A stretch of 64,000 bases of DNA from Sphingobium sp. (GCF_048594625.1 NZ_JBMDWL010000099.1:2505-66504), one strand, 5' to 3'; shown: positions 19,236-29,326, counted from the first letter of the stretch. Numbers and translations: made by a program. Notes: generated by a model from the sequence alone, not told the origin.

Positions 19236-19811
19236 ATGACCGATCCCTTCGCCCTGTTCGACACATGGTATGCGCATGCGCGCGACACCGAAATCAACGA
19301 CAGCAACGCCATGGCGCTGGCCACCGCCGATGCGCGCGGGCGGCCGTCCGTCCGGATGGTGCTGCTGAAAGGGCATGGGCCGGACGGTTTCGTCTTCTAC
19401 ACCAATTTCGAAGGGCGAAAGGCAGGCGACCTGATCGCCAATCCCCACGCCGCCCTGCTGTTCCACTGGAAATCGCTGCGCCGCCAGATCCGGATCGAAG
19501 GGGCCGTCGCCCCGGTGGACGATGCCACGGCCGACGCCTATTTCGCGACGCGCAGCCGCGACAGCCAGCTGGGCGCATGGGCATCCGACCAGTCCCGTCC
19601 CCTGCCCGACCGTCAGACCTTCATGGATCGGTTCGACGATGTCAGCGCCCGTTTCGACGGCGGCCCCGTATCCCGCCCGCCGCACTGGTCGGGATTCCGC
19701 CTGACACCCGAACGCATCGAATTCTGGCAGGATCGCGAACATCGACTGCACGAACGCCAGCTGTTCGAACGCGATGGCGACGGATGGCGCACCGGGCTGC
19801 TCTATCCCTGA
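19236..19811 (+). CDS. pdxH: Pyridoxamine 5'-phosphate oxidase
   Basis: MTDPFALFDTWYAHA...ATADARGRPSVRMVLLKGHGPDGFVFYTNFEGRKAGDL...HWKSLRRQIRIEG...RIEFWQ is canonical PdxH. Confidence 0.92.
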   Translation: MTDPFALFDTWYAHARDTEINDSNAMALATADARGRPSVRMVLLKGHGPDGFVFYTNFEGRKAGDLIANPHAALLFHWKSLRRQIRIEGAVAPVDDATADAYFATRSRDSQLGAWASDQSRPLPDRQTFMDRFDDVSARFDGGPVSRPPHWSGFRLTPERIEFWQDREHRLHERQLFERDGDGWRTGLLYP

Positions 19812-19977
19812 CATTTCCCGTTAACGGCGGACCGGCGAAAAAAGCGGGGGCGGAAAGCCGCGCCTGCTTCGTCTTCCCGGACATGACCGGCCCTACGCCG
19901 ATTGCGGGCGGCCCGGTCGCCTGTTAGGTGTCGGCCCTATCAACAAAATACAGGCGGGGCGAGCATGTGCGTGGCCC

Positions 19978-21321
19978 ATGAGGAATTTGATGCGAAACAG
20001 ACTGACGGCCTTCATCCTCATCGGCATGGTTTTGGGGGTGTTGACGGGCTTCGTGGCCAATATCTGGGTCGCCGGTGACGAAACGCTGGCGAAGGATGTG
20101 GCCGGTTATTTCCACCTGCTGGCCGACATATTCCTGCATCTGATCAAGATGATCATCGCGCCGCTGGTCTTTTCCACGCTGGTCGCGGGCATCGCCCACA
20201 TGGGCGACAGCGCGGCGCTGGGCCGCATCGGCGGCCGTGCGCTCGCCTGGTTCATCATCGCCAGCCTGATTTCGCTGACGCTGGGCCTGATCTTCGTCAA
20301 TTTCTTCGAACCCGGCGCGGGTCTCAACCTCGTGCGTTCCGGCGCGGATTCGGGCGTGAATACCGAAGCGCTCAATTTCCGCGACTTCATCCTGCACGTC
20401 TTCCCGACGTCGATGATCGGCGCGATGGCCGACAACCAGATCCTTCAGATCGTCGTCTTCTCGCTGTTCGTGGGCGTGGCGCTCACCGCCATCGGTGAAA
20501 AGGGCAAGCCCATCGTCACCGTGATCGAAGCGATGGTCGAACTGATGTTGCAGGTGACCGGCTATGTCATGCGCGTCGCGCCCTTCGCGGTGTTCGGCGC
20601 GCTGGCCTCTTCGGTAACGGTGCAGGGGCTTGGCGTGCTCAAAACCTATGGGCAGCTGGTCGGCGAATTCTACGTCGCCCTCTTCTGCCTGTGGCTGCTG
20701 CTGTTCGCGGCCGGTTCGGTCTTCCTTGGCAAGCGCATGGTGAAGCTGATCCGTTATGTCCGCGAACCTTTGCTGATCGCTTTCTCCACCGCATCGTCCG
20801 AAGCCGCCTATCCCAAGATGCTGGAACAGCTGGACCGTTTCGGCATCCCGCGCCGCATCTACAGCTTCGTGCTGCCGCTGGGCTACAGCTTCAACCTCGA
20901 CGGGTCGATGATGTATGCGACCTTCGCCACCATCTTCATCGCGCAGGCCTATGGCATCGACCTGCCCATCGCGACGCAGATCACCATCCTGCTCGTCCTG
21001 ATGGTCACCAGCAAGGGCATCGCCGCGGTGCCGCGCGCGTCGCTGGTCGTCGTGGCCGCCACGCTGGCGCAGTTCGACCTGCCGGTCGAAGGCGTCGCCT
21101 TCGTCCTGGCGGTCGATCACTTCATGGACATGGGCCGCACCGCCACCAACGTGCTGGGCAACGCCATCGCGACGTCGGTCATCACCAAATGGGAAGGTAT
21201 GCTGGAGGTCGAGGAACCGGTCGACATCGCCCATCCCAAGGCGCCCGCCCATACGCCTTCGCATGGCCGGGCCGGGCTGGAACTGGCGTCCGACATGGTG
21301 GACGACGAACGCAAGGGCTGA
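19978..21321 (+). CDS. Dicarboxylate/amino acid:cation symporter (DAACS family, DctA-like)
   Basis: IKMIIAPLVFSTLVAGIAHMGD, SSEAAYPKM and GIAAVPRASLVV are motifs of the SDF/DAACS family; 447 aa. Confidence 0.85.
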   Translation: MRNLMRNRLTAFILIGMVLGVLTGFVANIWVAGDETLAKDVAGYFHLLADIFLHLIKMIIAPLVFSTLVAGIAHMGDSAALGRIGGRALAWFIIASLISLTLGLIFVNFFEPGAGLNLVRSGADSGVNTEALNFRDFILHVFPTSMIGAMADNQILQIVVFSLFVGVALTAIGEKGKPIVTVIEAMVELMLQVTGYVMRVAPFAVFGALASSVTVQGLGVLKTYGQLVGEFYVALFCLWLLLFAAGSVFLGKRMVKLIRYVREPLLIAFSTASSEAAYPKMLEQLDRFGIPRRIYSFVLPLGYSFNLDGSMMYATFATIFIAQAYGIDLPIATQITILLVLMVTSKGIAAVPRASLVVVAATLAQFDLPVEGVAFVLAVDHFMDMGRTATNVLGNAIATSVITKWEGMLEVEEPVDIAHPKAPAHTPSHGRAGLELASDMVDDERKG

Positions 21322-21345
21322 CGCAGCCCCCACCGACAGGAAAAA

Positions 21346-21381
21346 GGCCCCGGTCGCTGATGACCTGGGGCCTTTTCTTTT
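21346..21381. terminator. Bidirectional intrinsic terminator between the DAACS gene and the bestrophin gene
   Basis: AAAAAGGCCCCGG-TCGCTGATGA-CCTGGGGCCTTTTCTTTT forms a 9-bp stem, with an A-run upstream and a T-run downstream. Confidence 0.75.
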
Positions 21382-22264
21382 ACCACAGGATGCCGCGCAC
21401 CGGCTGGACCGGCGGGGGCGCTTCATCACCGATCGATTGCAGCAGGTCGATCTCGATCGTTCGGCACATGGCGGTCAGCGGCACGTCATGCACGCTGTCG
21501 GCAAAGGGATCGGTCAGATCGTCGCCGATGCGCAGCACCGCCATGAACATCAGGCCCGCGACCGTGGACCCCAGCGGCGTCGCAAAACCCAGCGATTCGA
21601 CCAGACCAATGGGCAGCAGCACGCAGAACAGATGGGTGAACACCGTCGGCAGGAAACGATATTGATAAGGCAGCGGCGTATTCTTGATCCGCTCCATGCC
21701 CCCCTGCGCATTGGCGATGTCCACCAATACCCGTTCCATCTGCGCCTGCTGGATGGTGTCGATCCATCCTTCCTGCCGGGCGATGTCGATGCGGCGGCCG
21801 GTGCTGTCCAACAGGCCGTTGGCCGGATTGGTGCGGGCCAGCGCATGCTGCTTGTCCCGCTCCATCAGAAATTTCGTCACTTCCTCGCCAATCGGCTGGC
21901 GGCGCAGCTGGAACCGCAGCGCATTCACATAGGCGATCTGGCGCTTGACGATTTCGCGCTTCATTTCCTTGGCCTGCGGATCGGGCAGGAAATTGCGCGC
22001 CGCGCGCGACAGGCTGCGCGACGCGTTGATCATCGCGCCCCACAAGGTGCGCGCTTCCCACCAGCGCTGATAGGCGCTGTTGGACCGGAAGCCCAGAAAC
22101 AGCGCCAGCGCCGAACCGAATATGGTCAGCGGCAGCGACGGCGCCTTGAAGGGCAACACATAATAGGTAATCGTGACGGCACAGTCCCAGACGAACAGCA
22201 CCGTCAGCGGCTTCCACACTTCGGAAGCGATGCGGCGCATGCTGGGAACGGGATCGACGATCAT
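21380..22264 (-). CDS. Bestrophin/UPF0187 (YneE-like) family ion channel
   Basis: 294 aa. The TM pattern and blocks (YQRWWEARTLWG, NTPLPYQY, GDDLTDPF) match what I recall for the bacterial bestrophin family. Confidence 0.75.
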   Translation of the reverse strand: MIVDPVPSMRRIASEVWKPLTVLFVWDCAVTITYYVLPFKAPSLPLTIFGSALALFLGFRSNSAYQRWWEARTLWGAMINASRSLSRAARNFLPDPQAKEMKREIVKRQIAYVNALRFQLRRQPIGEEVTKFLMERDKQHALARTNPANGLLDSTGRRIDIARQEGWIDTIQQAQMERVLVDIANAQGGMERIKNTPLPYQYRFLPTVFTHLFCVLLPIGLVESLGFATPLGSTVAGLMFMAVLRIGDDLTDPFADSVHDVPLTAMCRTIEIDLLQSIGDEAPPPVQPVRGILW

Positions 22265-22376
22265 GAAAGTCTCCTGATGGTGAACCGCGCCAACGCCTAA
22301 TGGCGCGGCTATGCTCCCTTGATGCCATAGCGAAACGAAATATTGCTACGACTGCAACCTGCGCATCCATGGCTCG

Positions 22377-23729
22377 TTGGACAACAATCGAGCAGGAGGA
22401 AGCATGACCGACGCGCCTGGTGACGCCAAACCGGACGGGGGCGATAAACAGGCCGCATTCTCGCTGCAATGGCAGATGCTGGCAGGGTTCGTCGCGGGGC
22501 TGGTGCTGGGCCTTGTCGTATATATGACCGCGCCCGATGCACGATGGGTCGATGCCGTCACCACCTATGTCACCGGGCCGATCGGGCAGATATTCCTGCG
22601 CCTGCTGTTCATGCTGGTGATACCGCTGCTAGTGTCCGCGCTGATCGTGGGCATCGCGGAAATGGGCGAATTGCGATCATTGCGGCGGGTGGGGCTGCGC
22701 ACGCTCATCTACACCATCTTCGTGTCCGGCATCGCCGTGCTGATCAGCCTGTTGCTGGTCGACCTGCTGCGCCCCGGCGCCGGGGTCGATCCCGCGCAGG
22801 CGCAGGCGCTGCTGGCCGACGCCGGGCAAGGCGCGAAGGCGATCCTCAGCCGGGGCGGCGACGCGCCCACCGGGGTAGAGGCGGTATTGGCGATCATCCC
22901 CGACAACATCATCGCCGCCATGGCCGGGAACGACATATTGGCGGTAATGGTGTTCGCCCTCTTCTTCGGCATCGGACTGGTGCTGGTGCAGACGGAGCAA
23001 TCGAAACTGCTGCTCAGCGCCATGGAGGGCCTGTTCGACGTCACGATGCGGCTGATGGGCATCGTCATTCGACTCGCCCCCTTCGCCATCGCCTGCTTCA
23101 TGTTCAACCTCGCCGCGCAGTTCGGATGGGATCTGCTCGTCCGCCTGTCCGCCTATGTCGGCGTGGTACTGCTGGCGCTGGCGATCCAGATGTTCGGCGT
23201 CTATTCGCTGCTGATCGCCTTTCTGGCGAAGCGGTCCCCGCTGCGTTTCTTCGCCGCCGTACAGGAAGCCAGCGTGATGGCCTTCGCCACCGCATCGTCC
23301 AACGCCACCCTGCCCACCGCCATCCGCGTGGCGGAGGATAATCTGCGCCTGCCCCGCCGCATATCGCGCTTCGTCCTGACCATCGGCGCGACCGCGAACC
23401 AGAATGGCACGGCGATGTTCGAAGGGATCACCGTCATCTTCCTCGCCCAGTTCTTCGGCGTGGAACTGACCATCGCGCAGCAGCTGATGGTCATGGCCGT
23501 ATGCATATTGGGCGGCGTCGGCACGGCGGGCGTGCCAGCCGGGTCGCTGCCGGTGGTGGCGATGATATTGGGCATGGTCGGCGTGCCGCCCGAAGGGATC
23601 GGGCTGGTGCTGGGGGTCGATCGCTTCCTCGACATGTGCCGCACCGCGCTCAACGTCACCGGCGATCTGGTGGCGGCCACCGTCATATCGGCGGGGGAGA
23701 AGGATGAGCGGAAGGCCCTATCGTCATGA
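22377..23729 (+). CDS. Second dicarboxylate/amino acid:cation symporter (DAACS family)
   Basis: Paralogous architecture (SSNATLPTAI, GTAGVPAGSLPVVAMIL). The start may instead be ATG 22404. Confidence 0.85.
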   Translation: MDNNRAGGSMTDAPGDAKPDGGDKQAAFSLQWQMLAGFVAGLVLGLVVYMTAPDARWVDAVTTYVTGPIGQIFLRLLFMLVIPLLVSALIVGIAEMGELRSLRRVGLRTLIYTIFVSGIAVLISLLLVDLLRPGAGVDPAQAQALLADAGQGAKAILSRGGDAPTGVEAVLAIIPDNIIAAMAGNDILAVMVFALFFGIGLVLVQTEQSKLLLSAMEGLFDVTMRLMGIVIRLAPFAIACFMFNLAAQFGWDLLVRLSAYVGVVLLALAIQMFGVYSLLIAFLAKRSPLRFFAAVQEASVMAFATASSNATLPTAIRVAEDNLRLPRRISRFVLTIGATANQNGTAMFEGITVIFLAQFFGVELTIAQQLMVMAVCILGGVGTAGVPAGSLPVVAMILGMVGVPPEGIGLVLGVDRFLDMCRTALNVTGDLVAATVISAGEKDERKALSS

Positions 23730-24313
23730 TCGCGCGGATCGCGGCCGCCATCGTCGCGCTGGCCGCCATGGCGGGCCTGTCGGTGCAATATGCCGCGACG
23801 CTGGAGCAGACCGGATCGGCGGGCGCGACGCTGTGGATATTGCTGCGTTACTTCACCATCTGGACCAATATCGCGGTCGCGCTGACCTTTGCCGCCATCG
23901 CCGCCGGGCGCCATGTGACGCCGCGCCGGATCGGCGGCGTGCTCCTGTCCATCATGCTGGTCGGGATCATCTATGGCCTGTTGCTGCGCGGCATGCTGGC
24001 CCTGAGCGGCGGCGCGCTGCTGGCCGATGCGCTGCTGCACAAGGTCACGCCGTTGCTGGTGCCGCTATGGTGGATCGCCTTCGCGCGCAAGGGACGGCTT
24101 GCTCCCCGCGATCCGTGGCGATGGGCGCTGTTTCCGGCCATATATCTGCCCTATGCCCTGCTGCGCGGCGCGGTGGAGGGACGCTATGCCTATCCGTTCA
24201 TCAACGTCGCCAATCTTGGCATCGGGCAAGTGCTGGTCAACGCGCTGATGATCGCCGTCGGGTTCGTCATGGCCGGATATGCTTTGATATGGATCGACCA
24301 GCGCTGGCGTTAA
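23726..24313 (+). CDS. Pr6Pr-like integral membrane protein
   Basis: 195 aa with about six TM segments and the RYFTIWTNIAVAL motif. It has an ATGA start/stop overlap with the preceding transporter. Confidence 0.55.
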   Translation: MIARIAAAIVALAAMAGLSVQYAATLEQTGSAGATLWILLRYFTIWTNIAVALTFAAIAAGRHVTPRRIGGVLLSIMLVGIIYGLLLRGMLALSGGALLADALLHKVTPLLVPLWWIAFARKGRLAPRDPWRWALFPAIYLPYALLRGAVEGRYAYPFINVANLGIGQVLVNALMIAVGFVMAGYALIWIDQRWR

Positions 24314-24383
24314 TCCATATCATGGGATTGCATTTCACATCATGGCAATCCATCACCTCTCCAGAAGCAAGAGGATGCGTGTC

Positions 24384-25343
24384 ATGAAAACGGGATGGAT
24401 GGCGCTGCTGGCGGCGGCGGGGCTGATGATGGCCAGCATGGGCCATGCGGGCAAGGACGCGAATGGGCTGCAACCGGGCAAACCGATCAGCCAGCGCTTC
24501 AACGGCGACCCCTCGCCCCATTATTTCAACGGCCGCTGGTATCTCTACGCCACGGACGACGGGTCCAACAGCGGGACATATTGGGACAGCACAAGCTGGC
24601 GGCTCTACACCTCCACCAATCTGGTGGACTGGCGCGACGATGGCGCGTTTCTGGACGTGAAGACCTTCAAATGGGCGCGCGCCGATGCAAAGGCATGGGC
24701 GCCCGAAGCGATAGAGCGGGACGGCAGATATTATTTCTACGCCCCCATCGGCGGCGACAAGATCGGCGTCGCGGTGGCCGACCATCCGCAGGGACCGTTC
24801 AGGGACGCGCGCACCGACGCGCTGGTGGACAAGGCGCGCGACGCCAATGCAGGCGCAGAACCGATCGATCCTGCCATATTCGTGGACGGCGACGGTCAGG
24901 CCTATCTCTATTTCGGCACCCGCGTGCCAAAGGTCGTGCGCCTGAAAAAGGATATGATCCACACCGACGGCCCGATCATGGATGTCGCCATCACCGGCTT
25001 TCCGTCCGGGGACGCGAAAAAGAAATATGGCGAAGCGCCCTTCCTCCACGCGCATGAGGGGCTGTATTATTTCAGCTTTTCGACCGGGTGGCCGGGACAG
25101 ATCGTCTATGGCACGGCTAAATTGCCCATGGGACCGTTCGCCTATCGCGGCGTGATCCTCGACTATCTGCCGATTTCCACCAATCATCAGGCGATCGTGG
25201 AGCAGGGCGGCAGAAGCTGGCTCTTCTACCATGACAATCTGCTGCCCGGCGGCGGCGATCATCGCCGCTCCATCACCATTGCGCCTTTATCCTATGCGAA
25301 GGATGGCACCATCCTGCCGGTGAAACGGGTCGCACCGGAATGA
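24384..25343 (+). CDS. Glycoside hydrolase family 43 protein (secreted)
   Basis: Signal peptide MKTGWMALLAAAGLMMASMGHA; GDPSPHYFNGRWYLYATDD and APEAIERDGRYYFY are GH43 blocks. GAGGA lies 9 nt upstream of ATG 24384. Confidence 0.8.
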   Translation: MKTGWMALLAAAGLMMASMGHAGKDANGLQPGKPISQRFNGDPSPHYFNGRWYLYATDDGSNSGTYWDSTSWRLYTSTNLVDWRDDGAFLDVKTFKWARADAKAWAPEAIERDGRYYFYAPIGGDKIGVAVADHPQGPFRDARTDALVDKARDANAGAEPIDPAIFVDGDGQAYLYFGTRVPKVVRLKKDMIHTDGPIMDVAITGFPSGDAKKKYGEAPFLHAHEGLYYFSFSTGWPGQIVYGTAKLPMGPFAYRGVILDYLPISTNHQAIVEQGGRSWLFYHDNLLPGGGDHRRSITIAPLSYAKDGTILPVKRVAPE

Positions 25344-25380
25344 TGAAAGGCCGGATGTTTCCGCCCGGCTTTTCAATTCT

Positions 25381-25563
25381 TTAACGCAGTTTCGCGATGT
25401 TCAGCCCGTCTTCCTTGGCGCGCGCCTTGGTCGATTCCTCGCTGCGGGTCAGCGCCTTGGCGATGGCCTTCAATGCCATCCCCTTCTTCGCCAGCGTATG
25501 CAGCTTCTGGATCTCATCCTGGGTCCAGGGCTGCTTGTGGCGCTCGAAACGATCTCCGGCCAT
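25381..25563 (-). CDS. Small SANT/Myb-like HTH protein (60 aa, hypothetical)
   Basis: MAGDRFERHKQPWTQDEIQKLHTLAKKGMALKAIAKAL.... AAGGAA lies upstream of ATG 25563. Confidence 0.5.
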   Translation of the reverse strand: MAGDRFERHKQPWTQDEIQKLHTLAKKGMALKAIAKALTRSEESTKARAKEDGLNIAKLR

Positions 25564-25588
25564 CGCATTTCCTTTGTGAAAGAACCGC

Positions 25589-25659
25589 ACCGGCCCGCTC
25601 CCCCACCCGGCCACCCAACGGCAGTATCTTCGGGGTGGCCGGGTGGGGAGCGGGCCGGT
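25589..25659 (-). terminator. Very long GC-rich inverted repeat (about 27-bp stem) downstream of purA
   Basis: ACCGGCCCGCTCCCCCACCCGGCCACCC pairs with GGGGTGGCCGGGTGGGGAGCGGGCCGGT, with one bulged C and a loop of about 15 nt. On the minus strand it is followed by GTGCGGTTCTTTC. Confidence 0.5.
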
Positions 25660-25695
25660 TCCGATCGGCTTCAGCTAAGCTGAAGCTCCAAAAAT

Positions 25696-26985
25696 TCAAT
25701 CCGCGAAGGGATCGCGGACGAGGATGGTGTCGTCGCGTTCGGGCGACGTCGACACCAGCGTGACCGGGCAGCCGATCAGTTCCTCGATCCGGCGGATATA
25801 TTTGATCGCCTGCGCGGGCAGTTCGGCCCAGCTGCGCGCGCCCGCCGTCGTGTCCTGCCAGCCTTCGATATCCTCGTAGATCGGCTCCGCCTTCGCCTGA
25901 TCCTGCGCATGGGCGGGCAGATAGTCGAACGTCTGGTCGCCGATCCGATAACCGACGCAGATTTTCAGCGTGTCGAACCCGTCCAGCACGTCCAGCTTGG
26001 TCAGCGCAATGCCGGTCACGCCCGACACGGCGACCGACTGACGCACCAGCACCGCGTCGAACCAGCCGCAACGGCGCTTGCGCCCGGTGACGGTGCCGAA
26101 TTCATGCCCCCGCTCGCCCAGACGCTGGCCGATGTCATTGTCCTGCTCGCTGGGGAACGGGCCGGAACCTACGCGCGTGGTATAGGCCTTGACGATGCCC
26201 AGCACGAACCCGGCGGCATTGGGGCCAAGCCCCGTGCCGCTCGCCGCCGTACCCGCCACCGTGTTGGAGGAGGTGACGAAGGGATAGGTGCCATGATCGA
26301 TGTCGAGCAACGTGCCCTGCGCGCCTTCGAACAGAATGCGCTGACCCGCCGCCTTCGCCTTGTTGAGGGTCAGCCAGACCGGCTTGACGAAGGGCAGGAT
26401 GAACGCGGCAATCTCGGTCAGGTCCGCCATCAGCTGCGCCCGGTCGATCGGCGCTTCGCCAAACCCGGCGCGCAGCGCGTCGTGATGGGCGGTCAGGCGA
26501 TCGATCTGCAGGTCGAGATCGTCCAGATGGGCAAGGTCGCACACGCGGATGGCGCGGCGGCCGACCTTGTCCTCATAGGCCGGGCCGATGCCGCGGCGGG
26601 TGGTGCCGATCTTGCCCGCGCCGCTCGCATCTTCGCGCAGGCCGTCAAGGTCGCGGTGGAAGGGCAGAATCAACGGACAGGTTTCGGCGATCTGAAGGTT
26701 TTCCGGCGTGATTTCAACACCCTGCCCCTTGAGCTTGGCGACTTCGTCGCGGAAATGCCACGGGTCCAGCACCACGCCATTGCCGATCACCGACAATGTG
26801 CCGCGCACGATGCCCGACGGCAGCAGCGACAGCTTATAGACCTTCTCACCCACCACCAGCGTGTGGCCGGCATTGTGCCCGCCCTGAAAGCGCGCGACGA
26901 CATCGGCGCGTTCCGACAGCCAGTCGACGATCTTGCCCTTGCCTTCGTCACCCCACTGGGCGCCGATCACGGTTACATTTGCCAT
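25696..26985 (-). CDS. purA: Adenylosuccinate synthase
   Basis: [45 protein letters not shown] is canonical PurA. I chose the start at ATG 26985. Confidence 0.95.
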   Translation of the reverse strand: MANVTVIGAQWGDEGKGKIVDWLSERADVVARFQGGHNAGHTLVVGEKVYKLSLLPSGIVRGTLSVIGNGVVLDPWHFRDEVAKLKGQGVEITPENLQIAETCPLILPFHRDLDGLREDASGAGKIGTTRRGIGPAYEDKVGRRAIRVCDLAHLDDLDLQIDRLTAHHDALRAGFGEAPIDRAQLMADLTEIAAFILPFVKPVWLTLNKAKAAGQRILFEGAQGTLLDIDHGTYPFVTSSNTVAGTAASGTGLGPNAAGFVLGIVKAYTTRVGSGPFPSEQDNDIGQRLGERGHEFGTVTGRKRRCGWFDAVLVRQSVAVSGVTGIALTKLDVLDGFDTLKICVGYRIGDQTFDYLPAHAQDQAKAEPIYEDIEGWQDTTAGARSWAELPAQAIKYIRRIEELIGCPVTLVSTSPERDDTILVRDPFAD

Positions 26986-27192
26986 GGATACACTCCTCCG
27001 CCCGCCGCGCGGACCGGCCATGCCCTTCGACGGGACTCGACATGCCGGTGGGATAGGACGGGCGCGCCGATTCCGACGGGGCACCCTATGCGGGGCGCGC
27101 GTTACCCTCCTGCGCGCGGCGCGTCAAGGCGGGAGCGCCCTTACACTTTGATACAGCTGCGTGGCTTTACGGCGGCCTGCGGCGGGACGATC

Positions 27193-28125
27193 ATGGACAT
27201 GAAGAGGATTTGCATGATGCGCCCACGATTGTCCCTGCTGTTGATCCCCGCCCTGCTGGTCGCCGGGATCGCCGACGCGCAGACTTGGCGCGAACGCTGG
27301 CGCGCGCGCATGGCAGATGGACAGCAGCGCGCGCCGGGCGGACAGGCTCCAAATGGTCAGGCTATCGCCTATGGCAAGGATCCGTTGCAGGCGCTGGACT
27401 ATTGGCCGGGCAAGGGCGCGAAGCCGCCGCTCATCATCTTCGTCCATGGCGGCGGATGGAAACGCGGCAGCAAGGACAATGCGACCGGCGCGGCAAAGGT
27501 CGATCACTTCACCCGCCTTGGCTATGCCTTCGCGTCGATCGATTACCGGCTGGTGCCCGACGCCACGGTCGAACAACAGGCGCAGGATGTGGCCGACGCG
27601 ATCGCCCATCTGCGCGGCAGGGCGGGAACGCTCGGCTTCGATCCCGACCGCATCATACTGATGGGCCACAGCGCGGGCGCCCATCTGGTGGCGCTGGTCG
27701 GCACCGACATGCGCTATTTCGAAAAAGCGGGACTGCGCCCCGACGCGGTGAAGGGCGTCATCCCGCTGGACGGCGCGGCCTATGACGTCGCGCGGCAGAT
27801 GCAGGACAGCGGGCGCGTCATGGCGGGCACTTATGAGCAGGCGTTCGGCACCGATCCCGCGCGGCAGACAGCCCTGTCGCCGACCATGCAGGCGGCAAAG
27901 CCCAATGCCCCGTCCTTCCTGATCCTGCATGTCGACCGGGCCGATGGCACGGCGCAATCCCACGCGCTGGCCGCCGCACTGAACGCGGCTGGCACCCCTG
28001 CCGAAGTCCACGCACTGGAAGGACGCGGCCTGCGCGGGCATATGCAGATCAACCGGTCGATGGGCGACCCCGGTTATCCCGGCACGGCGATCGTCGATAC
28101 ATGGCTGAAACGGCTATTGGGTTAG
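27193..28125 (+). CDS. Alpha/beta hydrolase (esterase/lipase-like), secreted
   Basis: Signal peptide, oxyanion block FVHGGGW and nucleophile elbow GHSAGA. Only the 3' third of track ORF 25909-28125 is coding. Confidence 0.85.
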   Translation: MDMKRICMMRPRLSLLLIPALLVAGIADAQTWRERWRARMADGQQRAPGGQAPNGQAIAYGKDPLQALDYWPGKGAKPPLIIFVHGGGWKRGSKDNATGAAKVDHFTRLGYAFASIDYRLVPDATVEQQAQDVADAIAHLRGRAGTLGFDPDRIILMGHSAGAHLVALVGTDMRYFEKAGLRPDAVKGVIPLDGAAYDVARQMQDSGRVMAGTYEQAFGTDPARQTALSPTMQAAKPNAPSFLILHVDRADGTAQSHALAAALNAAGTPAEVHALEGRGLRGHMQINRSMGDPGYPGTAIVDTWLKRLLG

Positions 28126-28191
28126 GGCATCGTCAAGTCATCTGCCCCGGATGACGGCTGGCAAGATCCTGCCATAGCACCGACCGAAAAA

Positions 28192-28222
28192 GGCCGGTCC
28201 CTCCACGGAACCGGCCTTTCTC
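28192..28222. terminator. Bidirectional intrinsic terminator
   Basis: AAAAAGGCCGGTCC-CTCCAC-GGAACCGGCCTTTCTCTC lies between convergent genes. Confidence 0.65.
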
Positions 28223-28492
28223 TCAATCGAACAGCTCTTCCAGAAAGCTCTTCTTGCGTTTCTTGTGGGGATAGCCTCGCCCGTCATCGCGATACTCGCG
28301 GTCCGGGCGGTAGCTTTGCTGGGCGAAGGGGGCGGGCTGTGGAGCAGACGCGCTGGCCTGTCCCGACCGTTCGATGATCTTGTCCAGTTCACCCCGGTCC
28401 AGCCACACGCCCCGGCATTGCGGGCAATAATCTATTTCGACCCCCTGCCGGTCCGTCATCGCCAATCCGACATGACAGACCGGACAGAGCAT
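28223..28492 (-). CDS. TFIIB-type zinc-ribbon protein (89 aa)
   Basis: MLCPVCHVGLAMTDRQGVEIDYCPQCRGVWLDRGELDKIIE carries two CxxC pairs, followed by a basic C-terminal tail. Confidence 0.8.
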   Translation of the reverse strand: MLCPVCHVGLAMTDRQGVEIDYCPQCRGVWLDRGELDKIIERSGQASASAPQPAPFAQQSYRPDREYRDDGRGYPHKKRKKSFLEELFD

Positions 28493-28518
28493 CGCCGACA
28501 CCTGTGCCGGATCGCGCA

Positions 28519-29238
28519 TTATTCGCGTTCGCCCGTCAGGCTGAGCAGCGCCTGGAACAGGTTGACGAAGTTGAGGTACAGCGACAGCGCGCCCATCACC
28601 TGCATCTTTTCGGCGACCTGCGTCCCCGCATAATAGAAATATTCCGACTTGATGCGCTGCACGTCCCAGGCGGTGAGGCCCGTGAAGATCACCACGGCCA
28701 GGATCGAAACGACCATCGCCATCATCGACGAACCGATGAAGATGTTGATCAGGCTGGCGACCAATATGCCGATCAGGCCCATGATCAGGAAGCTGCCCAT
28801 CTTCGTCAGGTCGCGCTGGGTGGTATAGCCCCACAGCGCCATGGCGAGGAACATGACGGCGGCCGAGAAAAAGGCCTGCGCGATGCTGCCGCCGGTGAAG
28901 ACCAGAAAGAGGCTGGCCATCGACACGCCCATGACCGCGGAAAAGGCCCAGAAGGCCATGCGCGCGCCAGCCGTGGTCATCTTGTCGATGCGGAAGCTGA
29001 AGAAAAAGACGAAGGCCAACGGCGCGAAGATCGCCACCCATTTGAGCGGCGTGCCGAAAATCGCGGCGGCCAGCGGCGGGGTGCTGGCGATCGCAAAGGC
29101 GACGATGCCGGTGATGACCAGCCCGATACCCATATTGCGGAAAACGCCCAGCATATGCGCGCGCAGACCGGCATCGGTATCGACCGACCGGCTGGCGCCA
29201 TAGCCCGGCATGCGAACGGGATTATTCATGGGTTTCAC
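28519..29238 (-). CDS. Bax inhibitor-1/YccA family membrane protein
   Basis: 239 aa with seven TM segments and an N-terminus ...DAGLRAHMLGVFRNMGIGLVITG typical of the BI-1 family. Confidence 0.88.
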   Translation of the reverse strand: MKPMNNPVRMPGYGASRSVDTDAGLRAHMLGVFRNMGIGLVITGIVAFAIASTPPLAAAIFGTPLKWVAIFAPLAFVFFFSFRIDKMTTAGARMAFWAFSAVMGVSMASLFLVFTGGSIAQAFFSAAVMFLAMALWGYTTQRDLTKMGSFLIMGLIGILVASLINIFIGSSMMAMVVSILAVVIFTGLTAWDVQRIKSEYFYYAGTQVAEKMQVMGALSLYLNFVNLFQALLSLTGERE

Positions 29239-29265
29239 TCACTCCATCAAAAGTTGGTTCGAGTG

Positions 29266-29326
29266 GCCCGGTGCGGTCTCCTGCGGCAACGAGAGGGGGC
29301 AAATCACCGCAAAACCAGCACCGGGC
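29266..29326 (-). other. Nested inverted repeats in the putative 5' leader of the BI-1 gene
   Basis: Outer arms GCCCGGTGC / GCACCGGGC (9 bp) enclose inner arms TGCGG / CCGCA. The element lies 28-88 nt upstream of the ATG, inside a 483-nt stretch with no credible ORF. Confidence 0.3.

Noticed and set aside
19924-21429. 501-aa minus-strand ORF
   Set aside because: It is antisense to the DAACS symporter and is a shadow ORF.
25909-27192. 5' part of the 738-aa plus-strand ORF
   Set aside because: This part is antisense to purA. The real alpha/beta hydrolase starts at ATG 27193 with a signal peptide.
28493-29041. Upstream extension of ORF 28223-29041
   Set aside because: It overlaps the BI-1 gene in another frame. 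The zinc-ribbon protein begins at MLCPVCH (28492).
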